Source of the DNA: Lepidodermella squamata
Lineage: Eukaryota > Animalia > Gastrotricha
DNA: 64,000 nt
Assembly (NCBI GenBank): GCA_047495785.1
Contig: JBLDXI010000009.1
Location: 558,001-622,000, forward strand
Reading direction: 5' to 3'
The translations under genes and the position numbers were made by a program. The notes below the pieces were generated by a model. That model did not search any database, had not been told where the DNA came from, and saw nothing but the letters and a program-made list of their open reading frames with translations. Positions 36,801-50,386 of the stretch are shown one piece after another (the stretch's first letter is position 1; each line of letters begins with the position of its first letter).

Positions 36801-39795
36801 TCGCGGGTGATGAAAAATGCTTGTTATTAGCAGCCAAAAATTATGCACTAGTATCATGATTATCGCTGATAAACCGCACCGGCGGACAACGAACTAAATT
36901 TTAAACACCAAAATAATGATGAATAAAATAAAATGAAAAAAAAGACAGAATGAAATATCTATCCTGTTTAACTTAGGTCGAATTCTTCGGCAACTCTCGG
37001 TGGACCTTTGCTGGAATATGACTTCAGGGTTGTATCAACGTTGTCGAAAAATGACCAGCCCCCGATAAACAGGGCGAGTTCTTCGCCTAGCAAGGGGCCG
37101 GAACCGCCGCCGTCTCAACATCAAGAGACCCGACGGCGCAGGGACCAGCGGCACAGATCGTGGTCAACCCTGGACTCATTCATGGACGATGTGGTTGTCG
37201 GCTCGGGTAACACCCGCCTGCCGACCGGCGCAGGTGGGCCAAGCACGCAAGGTCCGTCAACGACGTCGGCTGGGCTATCCTGGGAGGTCGAAATGGTGTC
37301 GCGTGACAGCGCGGCTGTCGGCCTGGGAGCGGTTGATGCTGTTTTCAGACTAGATAACGACCCCATTATCTCGCTTATACCTGTCGTTAAAGTATCTCGC
37401 GTTTTCAACTATGCGATTCTACGCGATTCGATCCAGCGATTTTCGTTGTGGCTCTACGGCTTCACGGCGCAATCGGGAATCATTCAACTGTGGGATGGCG
37501 AATGTTCATCCTCAGATCCAGAGGCTATTAAAGTTGAAAAGATGTGCAGGTACTTGTACCTTGATGGCAGTGAGACACGAGGCGCTGAGAACGTCGTAAT
37601 TACAATAACACGGCGCCGCCTTAACGCTGTAGTCCGAGTCAGTGTGCTGTTCCCTGAAATGCCTCTTCGTGTTGATATTTCTGACGTGTCGCTTCAACTT
37701 ATTAGAAATTTTTTGGTTCCTGCGCCGAAAAGTGGCTCGTCGAAATGCCGACCGCATTTCCAGCGCGCGACTATTCGCGTATTCGCCAAATTTTCATATC
37801 CCTCGTTTTCATCGTCATTCGCCGTCGAGGCCGAGGTGACTGACTGGTTGCGATCTATTGTTAGGGTGGCCAATTCATCCGTGGCTGATTACGACGGCAC
37901 GTCTCTGATCGGCATAGCCCCAGGCCAAACCTCCGTACAGTTGGTTACAGCTGCTGGACAGCTGATAGGATCACGCGCCATTTCGGTAACTGCATCCCAC
38001 CCAGTCAGTATCACTAGGCTGGACGCTTTAGTCGCCGACCGCATTGACGTCAGCGTTACGCCGTCGCTTGCTGCTGGCCAGTCTCGGCCGGCGTTCGTCG
38101 CCGATAACAACAATGCGTTGAGCAAGGCGCATTTCTTCGACGTGACTGCGTCGCTGCGCCGAATTCCAGCCGGGCAGTACCGACCCGCTGATCCGAACAG
38201 CTCACCCGGCCGGCTGTTTGTCATCGCCCATTTCTCAGACGGCACTTATCTCGACCTTGCCGCGCTGCCATCAAACTGGTACGAGCTATCGATCCAACCG
38301 GCCGCGAATGCCGACGCAGCCGTGCCTCGTGTTGCGCTGTTCGAGGTGGCGAAATGCCGCCGGCAAAGTGTCGACGAGCATTTGCTAGCGGCTGCTGTTA
38401 GCACGCCGGAGCCGCCGTCGACCGACGCCAGCCCGCTGTCGGTGATCCGCATCGACGGCTCGCAACTCGTGCCGAGCGATTCGGAAATAATCGCCGGCAC
38501 AGCGACTGGCGTGGCTCCGTTGATGGAGCAGAGCTCGGTGATAGCGTCGACTAGCTCAACCCAGGTCGCAGCCGGCTCCGATTCCAACAGCAGCAGCGAC
38601 TCAACGACCATTGCACTCGGTGTTTTGCTCGGCATTCTCCTAGTTGTACTATTTATTCTAGCTGTAATAGCCTTTCGCCATCGTATTAGAAAGCTCATCA
38701 ACGAACACATTAGCCCCGACCACCCTGTATTCATATACACCAGTTTCGTCTATCATTGGATCATGGACAGCCGTATGACGGAGTTCGTGATTCACTATGT
38801 GATTCGCACGCCAGCTAAATATTTGAAGCGGCGTAGAAATCTTGAGATCAATGTCATGTCAAGCCCGCGGCACCAGCCTCAATTCGCCGACGAGGATGAA
38901 AATGACGCGCAGTCGTGCGCCGGTGATGAGTTTGACGAAGTCAGCGAGCCGACGAGCCGGCCTGATAAGAACTGGGTTTGGCTGTCGCGCGAGACACTCG
39001 AAAAACACTCGATCGAGACAATGCGGTCGCACCCGTTGCTACCAGAGGCGGCTTTCCGCAATTTGTGCTGCAGTTCAGGCGGTGCTACCGGCACAGGGGC
39101 TCGAAGCCCAGCGATTTCAACAACAGGATCGAACGCTTCGAGAAGCGGCCGGTCATCGGCTGCTCCGCTGTTGTCGAAGAAATCAGACGACTCGAGCGGA
39201 CCCAGCCAATCGTCGGCGAACAACAGCGACGACTACGACAGTGAAGATTCTCCCCTGGGTGTCACTGTAAGAAGCTCCCCGGCGGGAAATGGCAATCTGG
39301 GTTACATGAGCTCTAGGTAAGCTCTTTTTCATTACATTCGAGTAATATTTCGACGTATTTTTGTATAATTACAGCCGCAACGTTACGCCAACGGTGTACA
39401 TGGGATCCGAGTGTTCGCTTCGAATTCTGCCCTCCTCGAAAGCGGGAAGTTCGGCGGCGCTGCAGCTTGTCGCGCCTGATGGTAGGCTGATGGCGACTGC
39501 GTTTGCCTCGCGGACGCTCGACAACGGTCGCCGCATGCGAGGCTACCCGAACCAGGCAACCAAGTCTATTCAACAAACAAACAGTTCTACTGGCGTGAAC
39601 CGGCCGGCTTCGGTGACAGCGGCTTCTACGGTGGACGAGACCCGCGCCAGCAGGCTCGCGTTCCCACCGACCGAGTCGCACTCCTTGTTGTCTCGTGATC
39701 AGGTTCGATTCAGTTCGCTTCAAAAGCCACCGATTTCGAACAAGGTCAAAGCTGGGTTCATTTCTACGAGCCAGCGGAGGGAATTCAACGCATGA
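33860..39795 (+). CDS. TMEM132: TMEM132 family type I membrane protein (4 coding exons)
   Basis: Exons 33860-34737, 34786-34908, 36977-39316, 39375-39795. Signal peptide; PEMPLRVDISDVSLQLIRNFLVP and CRPHFQRATIRVFAKF family motifs; TM; cytoplasmic NWVWL. Confidence 0.88.
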
Positions 39796-40728
39796 TAGAT
39801 TCGAACCGAAAGAGTGACTTTTCTTATACTATAGCTGCCTAGTCAACGATGCGTGCTACGTGCTTCGAATTATCGGTTGAACATTGTTTCCTGAGTTTTC
39901 TTTCCGTAAAATTGCTGCCGCCCAAGTCTTTGTTTGGAGAGAACACTCAACGAGAAACAATGGGTCGTAATGATTTTGTTAACACTTGAGTTACATGTGA
40001 GACATGCGCTCAACTTTTACACCGCATTTCACTTGATAGTTTAAAATGGTTTTTCACAAGAATTCTAGTCGCAAATTTTTCTGCAACGATACTTATTGTT
40101 ATTTAAAAAGTATTATTTTTCTTATACGCTTTTTCGACCCGTTCTAGAGAAGATCTAGATTGATTACCACCCTGTGCTGCAAACATCAGTTTATTATATT
40201 TTTCACGAACCGCTTTATTTCAGATACTTTGTGGCCTAGTTGAGCTTTTCATGTGATTATCTACCTTAAATCTGCCCGCTCCCGGGTTTTATGACTCTCT
40301 ACCTTTGTTTGCAAACTCGTTTCGTATAGGTACTTACATTTTTACAGATTGTACCTGCCTGATTTTATGTTGGCTTGTTTACCTTATTTATTATTTTTTC
40401 AAGTGCAGATTGAAATTTGCGATTTTACTACTACGTGCCATGAGATGTGAAGCCTGTTGACAGTGACGGCGTGATCGATATCTTCATACATTAAAAATCT
40501 CTGCCGACATACAACCTCAAATGTTTACCTTATATTTTTATTTTATTATTATTATTACAAGTATTACATCTATTAACTCATTCAAAATCTAAAATAATTG
40601 TAATAACCTATTGAAATTAATGAGTGACAGAGCGAAAATAAACGACGGTGGAATCATACAGCCATTGTTTTTTTCTTGAGCATCGTATTTTCAATCGTTT
40701 ACCGGGATCAGTGTCTTTTCGACCGCCG

Positions 40729-42930
40729 TCAGTCTGAGAAATTGTAGTAATTTTCGGTACCGCCTTCTTCTGCGGTGGCTTCCTGGGCCAATGCTTCCGT
40801 GAATTTCTTGAATTCGAACATCGTAGCCGATCTATGCCGATTGACCTTGGTAGCGCAACGGTGCAGAAGTCGAGCTTTTCGCTCTTCCTTGGTCAGAGCC
40901 TTCACGGTGTCGCTGCTCTCGTCAGCCATTAGTGCTGCTCTTTTCTGCTCCTCCAGCCAAGAATCGTAGAGGTTATTTAGAGTTTTAGCATCGGTGCAAG
41001 GCCTTGGAGGCGTCTGGAAGACGGAAAATCCTTATTTCACAATCAAACGTTATCGGGAGTTACACATACCCAAACTTGTCTTGTACCCAGAGTTTTCAGT
41101 TTTCGGCGCCGGAATGCCTCCAATTTTTCACTCCAATCTCGCTGAGCCGGAGGCGGAGGCTACACAGTATATATCTCAATGTGCAATTAACTTCAATTCG
41201 AAATACAATTCCTTACAAGCTTCGGTTTCGAGTTTTCATACGCGAATTCCGCCGCTTCGTTGAGATTCATTTCCAAATGTTTCAACAATCGCGTGCAATA
41301 CGGCGTACCAATTCGTTGCAGCCGTTCGCACAACCTGGCATAGCAGGCCTGATGGAGAAAAATCGTTATAATAATTTTCAAAAAAAACAGGTCTTTTTAC
41401 CTCTTCAATTTGAAGCGCAGCGCTGTCGTTGCTCTAGAAACAGTTTGCCGTTAATTTAAGGTCGACTAGCTTCAATATTTGTACCTTGTAAATGTTATAG
41501 ATTCTTTTGAAATTGTGAACACTAAGCGAGTACATTTCCAAGGCTTCCGCGGCGACTACAGACCAGAGATAGGTGTCTAGCCCAAGCACAGCTTCGGCGT
41601 CGCCAATCAATTCACCAGCGTGTACCCAACACACCTAATAAAAAGCCATGTAAAAGGTTCCATGATATAGCGAGAAAAGGCTTGGCGAACCTCCTGAACG
41701 CCTGGTTTGATAACGTTTCCTCTTCGCTGCGCTGCGAGGGAGATGGCAGTTTTTGACCTGGCTAGCTTGTGCTGTTGCTCGATTTTCGATCCGCTGTTGT
41801 CTTTGAAGACGACGCCACCACCGGCAGAAGTCAGAGCCAAGAATGACCCGCCTCGCCGTCTTCCATTCTTCCTGGCCTCCATCTGAGTCTGAATGGCGAC
41901 TGTAAGCAAAGATTTAACCGAGTCGAGGCAGTTATTTTGATGCTCGTGCATTTCGGGATCGACGATAATCTTTGCGTTACCCCTAGATTGAAAATAACTT
42001 GTATGAAAAAATCAGCAAAAATGATGTAAAAGTCAAACTTGACAATAAAATATATGTTCGAAGCGGGCTGCGATTGAATTGAAACAAAGTTGTCGAATTC
42101 GTAGGTAACTTTTTCCATGGCCATAGCTAATTTTATTCTGTGCGGCTCTGCGGTTAATGGGAAATGAAACCCAAAAATCATAAACATTTGTAAGCTTACT
42201 TGCGAGTGGAGAAAATAGGGGCAACGCATTGCAAATATCCAGTCGCTCTTCGTATTCCTTTTTTTGGTAGTCCAGAAGAAGCCGGTTGTAAAGGTCTCGA
42301 TTAACTGTGCCCAACTCGCAAGGCTCCAGTTCAGAAATTACGCTGGCATTTCGAAGGCCTCCCTCGACAATTAGCGCCAGTTCGCCAAAGGTTCCACCCG
42401 GAGCTAGACGCATGACGAGTTACTATTAATAATCAAGACTGAACTTTACGGTTTACCGTATCTCTTAACGCAAGTTCCAAGCTTGTGTTTATCGATGGCA
42501 CTCAATTGCTGGCCTCTATTTATTGAATTCAACTTTCCGCTGACATCTTCATCACTTGCACCAGTGAGAACCCAAGCTGGAAGATGAAAGATCATACTCA
42601 AATGATAACATTTACTGAAATAAGGCGAACCGCTTGCATGGCCTTTGAGCACAGCGTAAAAGCTGTCCGCCGCATCTCCTTGCTTGATAATGACAGTATT
42701 CGCCGCAACTGAGACATATTGGCAATATTTTGCTATTTCGATCAAAACGTTGTCGGGCAGCTTGGAAAACATGTCATTCGCTCTCCGGAACCACGTCAAG
42801 CCTAATATTGCAGTGATGGTAGCGGCGAGAGCAGAAATCCTAATAACTTACTTGAATCGAACATGGGATGTTTGGATCTGTCGTCACCTGGCGGCGCTCG
42901 AAGCACATCCAACACGACAGAGGCTAACAT
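40729..42930 (-). CDS. Cyclic nucleotide-binding domain-containing protein (CNBD1/2-like, two cNMP domains, multi-exon)
   Basis: VIIKQGDAADSFYAVLKG, GTFGELALIVEGGLRNASVI, second domain IQSQPASNIYFIVK...GELIGDAEAVLGL. Start inferred at ATG 42930. Confidence 0.75.
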
Positions 42931-43762
42931 TTTTATCTTAATTTAAAATATGCTACTCGTTTTTTTTAGTCTAATCAGGAATGCTGAAGTTTATTAGGAA
43001 CGACGGTACGTAGCATCAACTCTGATTACTATTTTGAATTTTTTTGTCGAATGAATGCCTGATCCTTGCAATATTTCTTGATGGAGCTTTTGCCCCAGGT
43101 AAAAGCGGCGGAACGTTTTTTGTTTTCTTTTCTTACAACAGGCATGCCGCCACTTTTCTCTTGTAGTGAGCATTCAAGCGGAGCGAGGTCATGCATTGAG
43201 GCGATTTGATTGATGAGTCGATACTCGTGCCAATTTTTTTTTAGCGAAAACGGCTCATTCCAGGTCGCGCGCAAGGTATTCAACCCCGGATCAATTAAAT
43301 TGCTTTTCACTCATTATGCTGCTGCCGACACCTCTCCGCATGTTGTCAGTCACCAAATAATTGAGAGATGTGCCTTGGGTAATAGTTTTGACTAAAAGCT
43401 TCGTGCACCAATTGATGATTTAATTTGTTTACTTTCTTTGCTAATTACGGGTTTGCAATTAATGCACTGCCGCTTGTTCAAAGGAGCATTTATCAAACTT
43501 GCACTTCCAAGGATAACAGGTGCTTCACTGGAATTTTAAACAGAGTAATCGCGTAATAAATGCATATATCCGGAAGATACAGAATTGGCAAGGAACTTGT
43601 TTATATGCTGCTTACCTTATCGGAGCACTCAAGGTCGTCAACGACGATGATAAAATGCAAGCTGCAAGCGATAACGTGCTCTAAAACAGTGAAAGGGAAA
43701 GCTAATAACATAAATGTCTCCACTGCATTGTCATAATTATGCCCAGCTGCAAGAACAAGGCA

Positions 43763-45112
43763 ATGCGACTGGTGACATTCCTCCTTATCGCAGGTTTCTG
43801 TTCAGTCCAATCGAACTTAATCGATACCCTATCACGAGTTTTACGGCCAGGGGATAGGGTTAGTCTGAATTTTAGATACCAATATAAAATGTTTCACGCA
43901 CTATCACGAACTTTGAAAAGATTGAGACCGACGTGGAGAAATGGACAATTGACGATGAAGATTTCCGTTGCGTTCTAGTTAACGGAAGTTTTGCAATTCT
44001 GGAGGATGATGAACTGTGCGACGGCAAGTAAGAAACTATTACTTGCCTGCTTATCAACCTAATGACCGTATTCCTTCCTATCTCCATATTTAAGGGTTTC
44101 GTGTGCCAATGGAGGTGACGAGTCAGAGCCTGTTTGCTATTCTTTGGAACGCTGTCCGTCCGGAAAAATCAAATGTCCTTTGGAAAGGATCTGTTTAACT
44201 TCAGATCAGTTATGTGATGGTAAACATTCGATTTTTACTCAGTGCCAAAATCAAAAAGCGAAATTAATTTTGGCAGGAATCAGTCATTGTACAAAGGATG
44301 GCTGGGATGAACGAGAAGCGGCTGGTTGCCCAACAGCATTAGCCATCAACTCGAGCCGGCTCGGCTGTCCACAAGGCTACTTTACTTGTCAGGCTAATGG
44401 CAGATGTATTGCGGAAGAATCTCTTTGCAATTACAAATGGTATGACGCTTAGAGAAAACACCGCGTACCGAAATGTTTAATCACCGTACAGGGATTGTCC
44501 TGACGGATCGGATGAATCACAGTCAACGTGCCCGACAGGTATTAAGGAAATCAGTTGAAATTCTGCCAATAATACCATGCAATCATGATTAGGTCAGAGC
44601 TGTCCTGAGGACATGTTTCATTGCTATAAAACGCGTCCAGACGAAACCCAATTTTTCTATCACTGCATATTCCTGACAGAAGCTTGTAACCAAATAGGTT
44701 TGTTTGATTAATCAACCGATTCAAATTATTGGTAATTACTCGTATTTTTTAAACAGGTGACTGTCCGAACAACGAAGATGAGCTCTATGATTATTCGCCG
44801 TGCGAAATTCACCAGCTATTCAGTGGCAGGCCAGGCCACCACACGGGCCGATTCACCAGCCATCAGCATAAGCCCAGAGTCTACGGCCATTCATCTTCTA
44901 CCGGCGTTGTGAGGGGTACAACCAGGGCAAGTAGCCACAGAACCCAGAAACCAGCCTGGTCCACGTCGAGCCAGGCCACCGCTCGATATTACGGGCCAAC
45001 GCCGGAGTCGAGAAGGACGAATAGCGGCGTTTCACCTTTATTTCAACTCAACTCGGTGACAGCGGCTATGCAACTGTCTACCCTGATACTATCAGCCGCA
45101 CTTGTCGCGTAA
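43763..45112 (+). CDS. Secreted/GPI-anchored LDL-receptor class A repeat protein (multi-exon)
   Basis: Signal peptide MRLVTFLLIA; about four LDLa modules (LCDG...GGDE, LCDG...GWDE, LCNYKW-DCPDGSDE, ACNQI-GDCPNNEDE); S/T/H-rich stalk; hydrophobic C-end LSTLILSAALVA*. Confidence 0.8.
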
Positions 45113-46231
45113 CCCCCGTTCCGTATTACAACTTCAGTTGATTCTCCATCTTTTAAAATGCATTTGTAACAAAAGACCAATGAGAGGAAATTCATGTCGA
45201 CTTCTTTTTTATTATCTTCCAGTATTTTAAAACGAGAACCATGCTTCAAGATTTGTAATTTGACGAAAAGAACACGTCGTTTGTGTACATAGATAGAAAG
45301 ATAGCTAAACTGTCTGTTATCATGTTTTTCGAAGATGATGACGCGTGCAAAGGTAGACAAATTCCGGATCAGCAGAGGCACAAAAATGTGGAGCGGTCGC
45401 TAGAATTGCAAAGATGCCACAACACTGACCGCCGCAGCTCTACGCACTACGCATGATGTCAAACATGCTGGAAACGAACGATTATCAGGGTCAGTCAATC
45501 AATACACACAATATAGTAGTAGTAGCCCATAGTGACGGATTGTAAGCGGACTTTCAGCGAGGCAAGAAAATTGCACCGAGTGAGCGGCGGTGCGAACGCC
45601 GACTCTTTATACAGCGATGATACGCGAGCATTGTTAATTCTGATAGCAATTATGAAAGTAAGACACACCTAAAGGCGATATCATCATCATGCATCGTCGT
45701 TTAACATACAACAGCTCTGTAATTTTTCTAAGAAAGATCACAACAATGTCCTGTACTAAATGCTCACTTGTGACAGTGTCAAGTCAGGATTCACGTCGAA
45801 ACGCGCGTTAAAGCCAGTTAGAACAGATTATCGAATGTTGTCAGAATTTAATTATTTCGGCAGCTATAGCGGTCTTACACGCTCACGCAACTATTATTTA
45901 TTGGCAATCATTTCAGCTGGGTTAGTAACAATTTACATAATATTATAAAGCCTCTCGAGTATGAACAAATTAGTTAGAAAAAACAGGATAAAATTCAATC
46001 ATGAATACGTGTAGCAGACGCTCGAGAAAAATAATTTGAATTTGAATAGAATAATAATATTCAATTAACACCAAAAGTTTTTGAAAAGTGTCGTTTTCTT
46101 GAAAATAGGAGTACCGATTGTAAGGTTCATTATCGCTTAGCTTCAAACAAACTTGAAACTAGCCTTCTTTCATATGCTGCTGCCCAAGACAGAGATGATA
46201 TCACAGGAGTTCAAACGCGTGAAGACGTGGG

Positions 46232-49200
46232 TCATTTCTCACACGCGATTTCAGTTGTTTGCGGCCACGAGTTTCGAGGAGCCTCGTCGTAGCCAAGCCC
46301 AGTTGACGACCGTCTGGCTTCGTGCTGCGCAACGAGCCGACGCGACGACACTTGAGGCTGATCTGTGGAATTCGATGGCGTCATCAACTGGGCCGTGACT
46401 CGACGCACGTGGCCCGTCTCAGGGTAGGCATCGGCGGCGGGGGCCGATGACAGGTCCTCCTTACTGCCGGTGACCTGGCTCAGAAACGCTGCTTTGCGGC
46501 GGCTGAAATTTGAAGACTCGATGTGCTCAGCGATTGAATTCGGGAATTCGATAGCTGGACTAGTGCGGTTACGCAGGCGCCGTTCTTGCAACGACATGTG
46601 CTCATGACTTCTGTGGTGGTGCGGTTTTGACGCATGCTCGTTTTTCAAACTGCTGGTGGGTTCGAACACAGCGATCCGACTATTCAGTGAATTCACAGGG
46701 ACTGACGTGAATAGTGATTCGGCCGAGGTCGAGCCTTCGTGGAAAGAAACTGGCCGGGAAGCTGACGGCTTTGACGGGGAGGCATTCAGCCGGCTAACAA
46801 TGACATCGACCTGCTTAAAAATATCGGAATGGCGAACGCGTGATGCCTTCAAAATGCCCTCGTACACCATCAGCTGTTCCATGAAGCCTTTGTTAGGCTG
46901 GACACAAGCGCGACGTTTAACAACAAAATCAATCGCTTCGTCGCGCGACATTCCGTTAGCTTTCATGCAATACGCTATGACGCAGGCGGCTGATCGAGAA
47001 ACGCCCATTTTACAGTGCACGAGAATTCGGCCATTGGCGCGGCGTGCGGTCTCGATGAACGTAAAAACGCTGTTCCAGTAACGAAGAAGTTCGGTCGACT
47101 CGTCATCATACACTCGAACGTTGTAGTAGCGAAACTGGGTGGGGAAGAAGTTGTCGATCTCTCGAGAAACGTTGACGACATGGGTGATGCCGACGGAGTT
47201 CAACACGCGAATGTCAGAGGCGTTCCACTCTGAGCCGAGATACAAATAGTCGTAAATCCGCGAGGGTAAGTCGAGCTGGCCTAGTAGTAGAAGCATTTGC
47301 TCGTCGATGAACTGGCGATAGTCTGATAAGTCGCGGCCCATGGTTGTCTCGAGAGCGGAGCGGATAGCGCGGCTGCTAGCCTGTGCGAGGTGGAGCGTGA
47401 AATCAAAATGAGAAAAAAATGCGACTTTTTTTCTTATTCAAACCTCTTCAAGATCGATCGATGACATGAGATCGCGCAGCCGGTCGCGGATCTGTAATTC
47501 AATCGCACTCTCTGAATCGGCTGGCGGCATGCGTGAAACCACATCGTCCGTGATCTAAAGTTTACGTATATTTTGTATATCTTGAAATGCTGTGGCCATG
47601 AAATGCAATTACCTGCCACTCATTGATAGCCATCTGGTCTGAATCAACGTCGTATGAGCTGATCCATGCGGAAGACAACGCCAGTGTGGCGCCGGCCGAT
47701 GAGCGAACATTTCGAGACGCCTGTTTAATTGCACCGTCGATCGAGTGCAAACACGCCCACATCACCTGGATAGCGACGGGCTTGAACGAGTAGGAGCGGT
47801 CGCCGTGGGAAATGTCGAAACCGCCATCGCCTGTGAGTCGTATGACCATATCTGCCTGGATGGGTACCACAAGCCCCAGAGTGGCTCGCTCAGACTCGCC
47901 TTTATCGGCTTCCTCTGAATCAGCAGGAGGAATGGCCACGTCGAATCCAAGCAGTGCGAATGAGTCATCGCTGCAGCCACGAGACGATTCGCTTTTTTCA
48001 AGCGAAGGCGAACGGAAGATGAGTGTGAGGTAGCGAGCTCGGGATGTGCTCATCGATTCCAATTTGGCAGCCTGTATGGAACATATTAGACTCAACACAC
48101 CCTCGTAGCACAATAAAGGCGTAATCTAGCCTACAGCTGTCAAGTCTGGCTAAAATATGAAAAAGCCTTCTACGAGCTCAATTTCTACTATCATACAATA
48201 GCATGAATATGAATGCTTCATAAAAATTAGCTTTTCGACTGACTGATAGATCTCATTAACAGGCAGCGATTCAATTTAACTATTATCATAAATGCCGAAC
48301 AGAACTTACCATCATGATTTGGTCCTCGTCACGTAACCGATCCAGCATGAGTCCCAAGTGCCGGCTTATTTCAGCTAAATTGATGGACAAAAAATCGAAG
48401 AAAAATTATAGAATCATATTCTCAGTGACTCGCAAGCACGATCGTGCGGTTAATTAAATTGAGATAACTAATCAATTATGAGCTTTCTCAACATAACTAC
48501 GTGACTAAGGTTAAAAGCTGCGAGCGGTGGTTAGGATTTGGCTGATGCTGTAGAAGAAAACAGGAGCCCAAACCTGCTTGTTTCGGCTCGGTGAACTCAG
48601 CGCTCGATGTTACGCAGAGAGGGGAAGCCGGGGGTGAGTAAAATGAGTAAGTCGAATTAAGGGGGACAGGTGATGCGGATGAAGATGGGAAAAAGCTATC
48701 ATCTACATTGCAGAAAGACAAGTTGAATAAGTATTTCTTAGAGAAAGCGTCCCGCCACAATAAATTCAAGTGCACGGAAAATTCGGAAGTTAATCAACTT
48801 ACCGTGTTTAACAACGGGCGTTTTAGGCCTGGAAGCATTGTTCGAGAACTGTTGGCTGTTGAGGAATACCGCAGCTCCCTTGATCGTGTAGTAGTTGGCT
48901 GATGGAAGAGGTGTAGTTGCGCCGGATTCGGCATGAGCATCACTGCCAGGTTGCGCAAACGAATCGAGGCATTCTGATTCGAGGGTTGTCGCTGAATCGA
49001 CGATCGACTCTTCGACGACATTTTCTTGAACGTCGTTGAACGTGAAAACCGACTCAGTCAGCAGCAATTCGGCGCTTTTTGTAGCCGGCAACGATAGGGA
49101 AGAAATAGGAGAAGTCGCGCTACGGGCTTTAAGCTGGGGTGTTTCCGAAAGACTGCTGCTGTACCGCCGCTCGGCCGTTTCGTGGTTAATTCCATCTCTC

Positions 49201-49256
49201 AGCGACAGCGAGGGCGAGAGCACCGATGGACGCCGCGCAATACTAACCAACGACAT
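46232..49256 (-). CDS. SSH: Slingshot protein phosphatase (multi-exon)
   Basis: MSLVSIARRPS start, YYTIKGAAVFL, LTGDGGF, FKPVAIQVMW, DEK-like domain, DSP active site ILVHCKMGVSRSA. Confidence 0.95.
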
Positions 49257-49637
49257 GGCCCAAGTTTGCTATCTCATTCCATTATTGTAAAATACATACT
49301 CGACCTAGAATGAGGTTGAACACAAATTTAGTTCCAAGAGATTTATTCAAAAATAGTTTTTAAAGAAAGCATGAAGATCGATCGTCCATCGCGGACTCTT
49401 CAACACGCACAGAAACATCTCGCAGAAATAGAAATGACGAAGAGGAATCAGGCAAAATAGACAGGCGTGTTCATTTGCAGAGTGGGATATTATTCAGCAC
49501 AGGATAGTCGTTCAACAATGTCTTCAAACAACCAAAACAAGCGATCTGGTTCATCTCTATTTTACATATTATATCAAAAAGTGACTTCAAGTTGAATTTG
49601 TAGCGAGATAAAAAATTGCTGCAGCTCGTTTCAGCTT

Positions 49638-50064
49638 TCAATCGTCCATGGTTGGAATATCTTCGAACGAAAAGCCCTTGTAGCCTTTGTAGGCATAGAC
49701 GGCAATTCGAACGTGGTAAACTCCAGGGATAAAAGTGATTGCGCCTAGAAATAGAACTGGCCACGTACGATCGGCGTACTTTTCATCGATCCAGTAGCCG
49801 GTAAGCAGCAGAGATCCAACGATTAGGAGAGCAGAGCCGACACAGAACAAAAACACAGCGAGCAGTATCGACTTGTAAGGCACTTTCGGGCGCGGATTCC
49901 GAAACTACACCATAAAATACAAAAATAAAATACAAATTAGAAAATAATTTAAATTCGATAAAATATTTCATACCAACCTGAGCATCCACAAAGCCATCGT
50001 CACGAAGCCTACGATAGCCGAGGGATCCATTAGACCCGCTGGCAGATAAGCCAACGGGTGGCAT
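49638..50064 (-). CDS. TMEM230: Transmembrane protein 230 (2 exons: 50064-49978, 49904-49638)
   Basis: YRRLRDDGFVDAQ|FRNPRPKVPYKSILLAVFLF...FIPGVYHVRIAVYAYKGYKGFSFEDIP. Confidence 0.93.
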
Positions 50065-50194
50065 GTTATCAATTTTTACCTCAATTTTGTCTAAAAACGA
50101 AACAAACAATAAGAATAAAAGCAACGAAAGGTTACTCCTAGATTTTTGCAGCCATTCAAGAAGTGGTAACAAAATCGAATGTGTTGGTAACAAT

Positions 50195-50386
50195 CTATCG
50201 AGCATCGTAGACAACCATACGCTTCGTGCGTTTTTTGTACAAGATACGGTAACCACACTCGCGGCAACGAATTGGGTCTCGAGCGCGAATTTCGTTCTCG
50301 CGGTGACACTCGCCGCAAATGTATACCATGGCCGACGGTTGCTGTGTTCTTGAAGCTGCCGCGGCGCCTTGAGCAGAAGGGTCCAT
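50195..50386 (-). CDS. POLR2K: RNA polymerases I/II/III shared subunit RPABC4 (RPB12)
   Basis: [44 protein letters not shown] zinc ribbon; intronless. Confidence 0.97.
   Translation of the reverse strand: MDPSAQGAAAASRTQQPSAMVYICGECHRENEIRARDPIRCRECGYRILYKKRTKRMVVYDAR

Noticed and set aside
43029-43310. 93-aa ORF as first exon of the CNBD gene
   Set aside because: No convincing in-frame splice to the downstream exon; ATG 42930 gives a coherent start.
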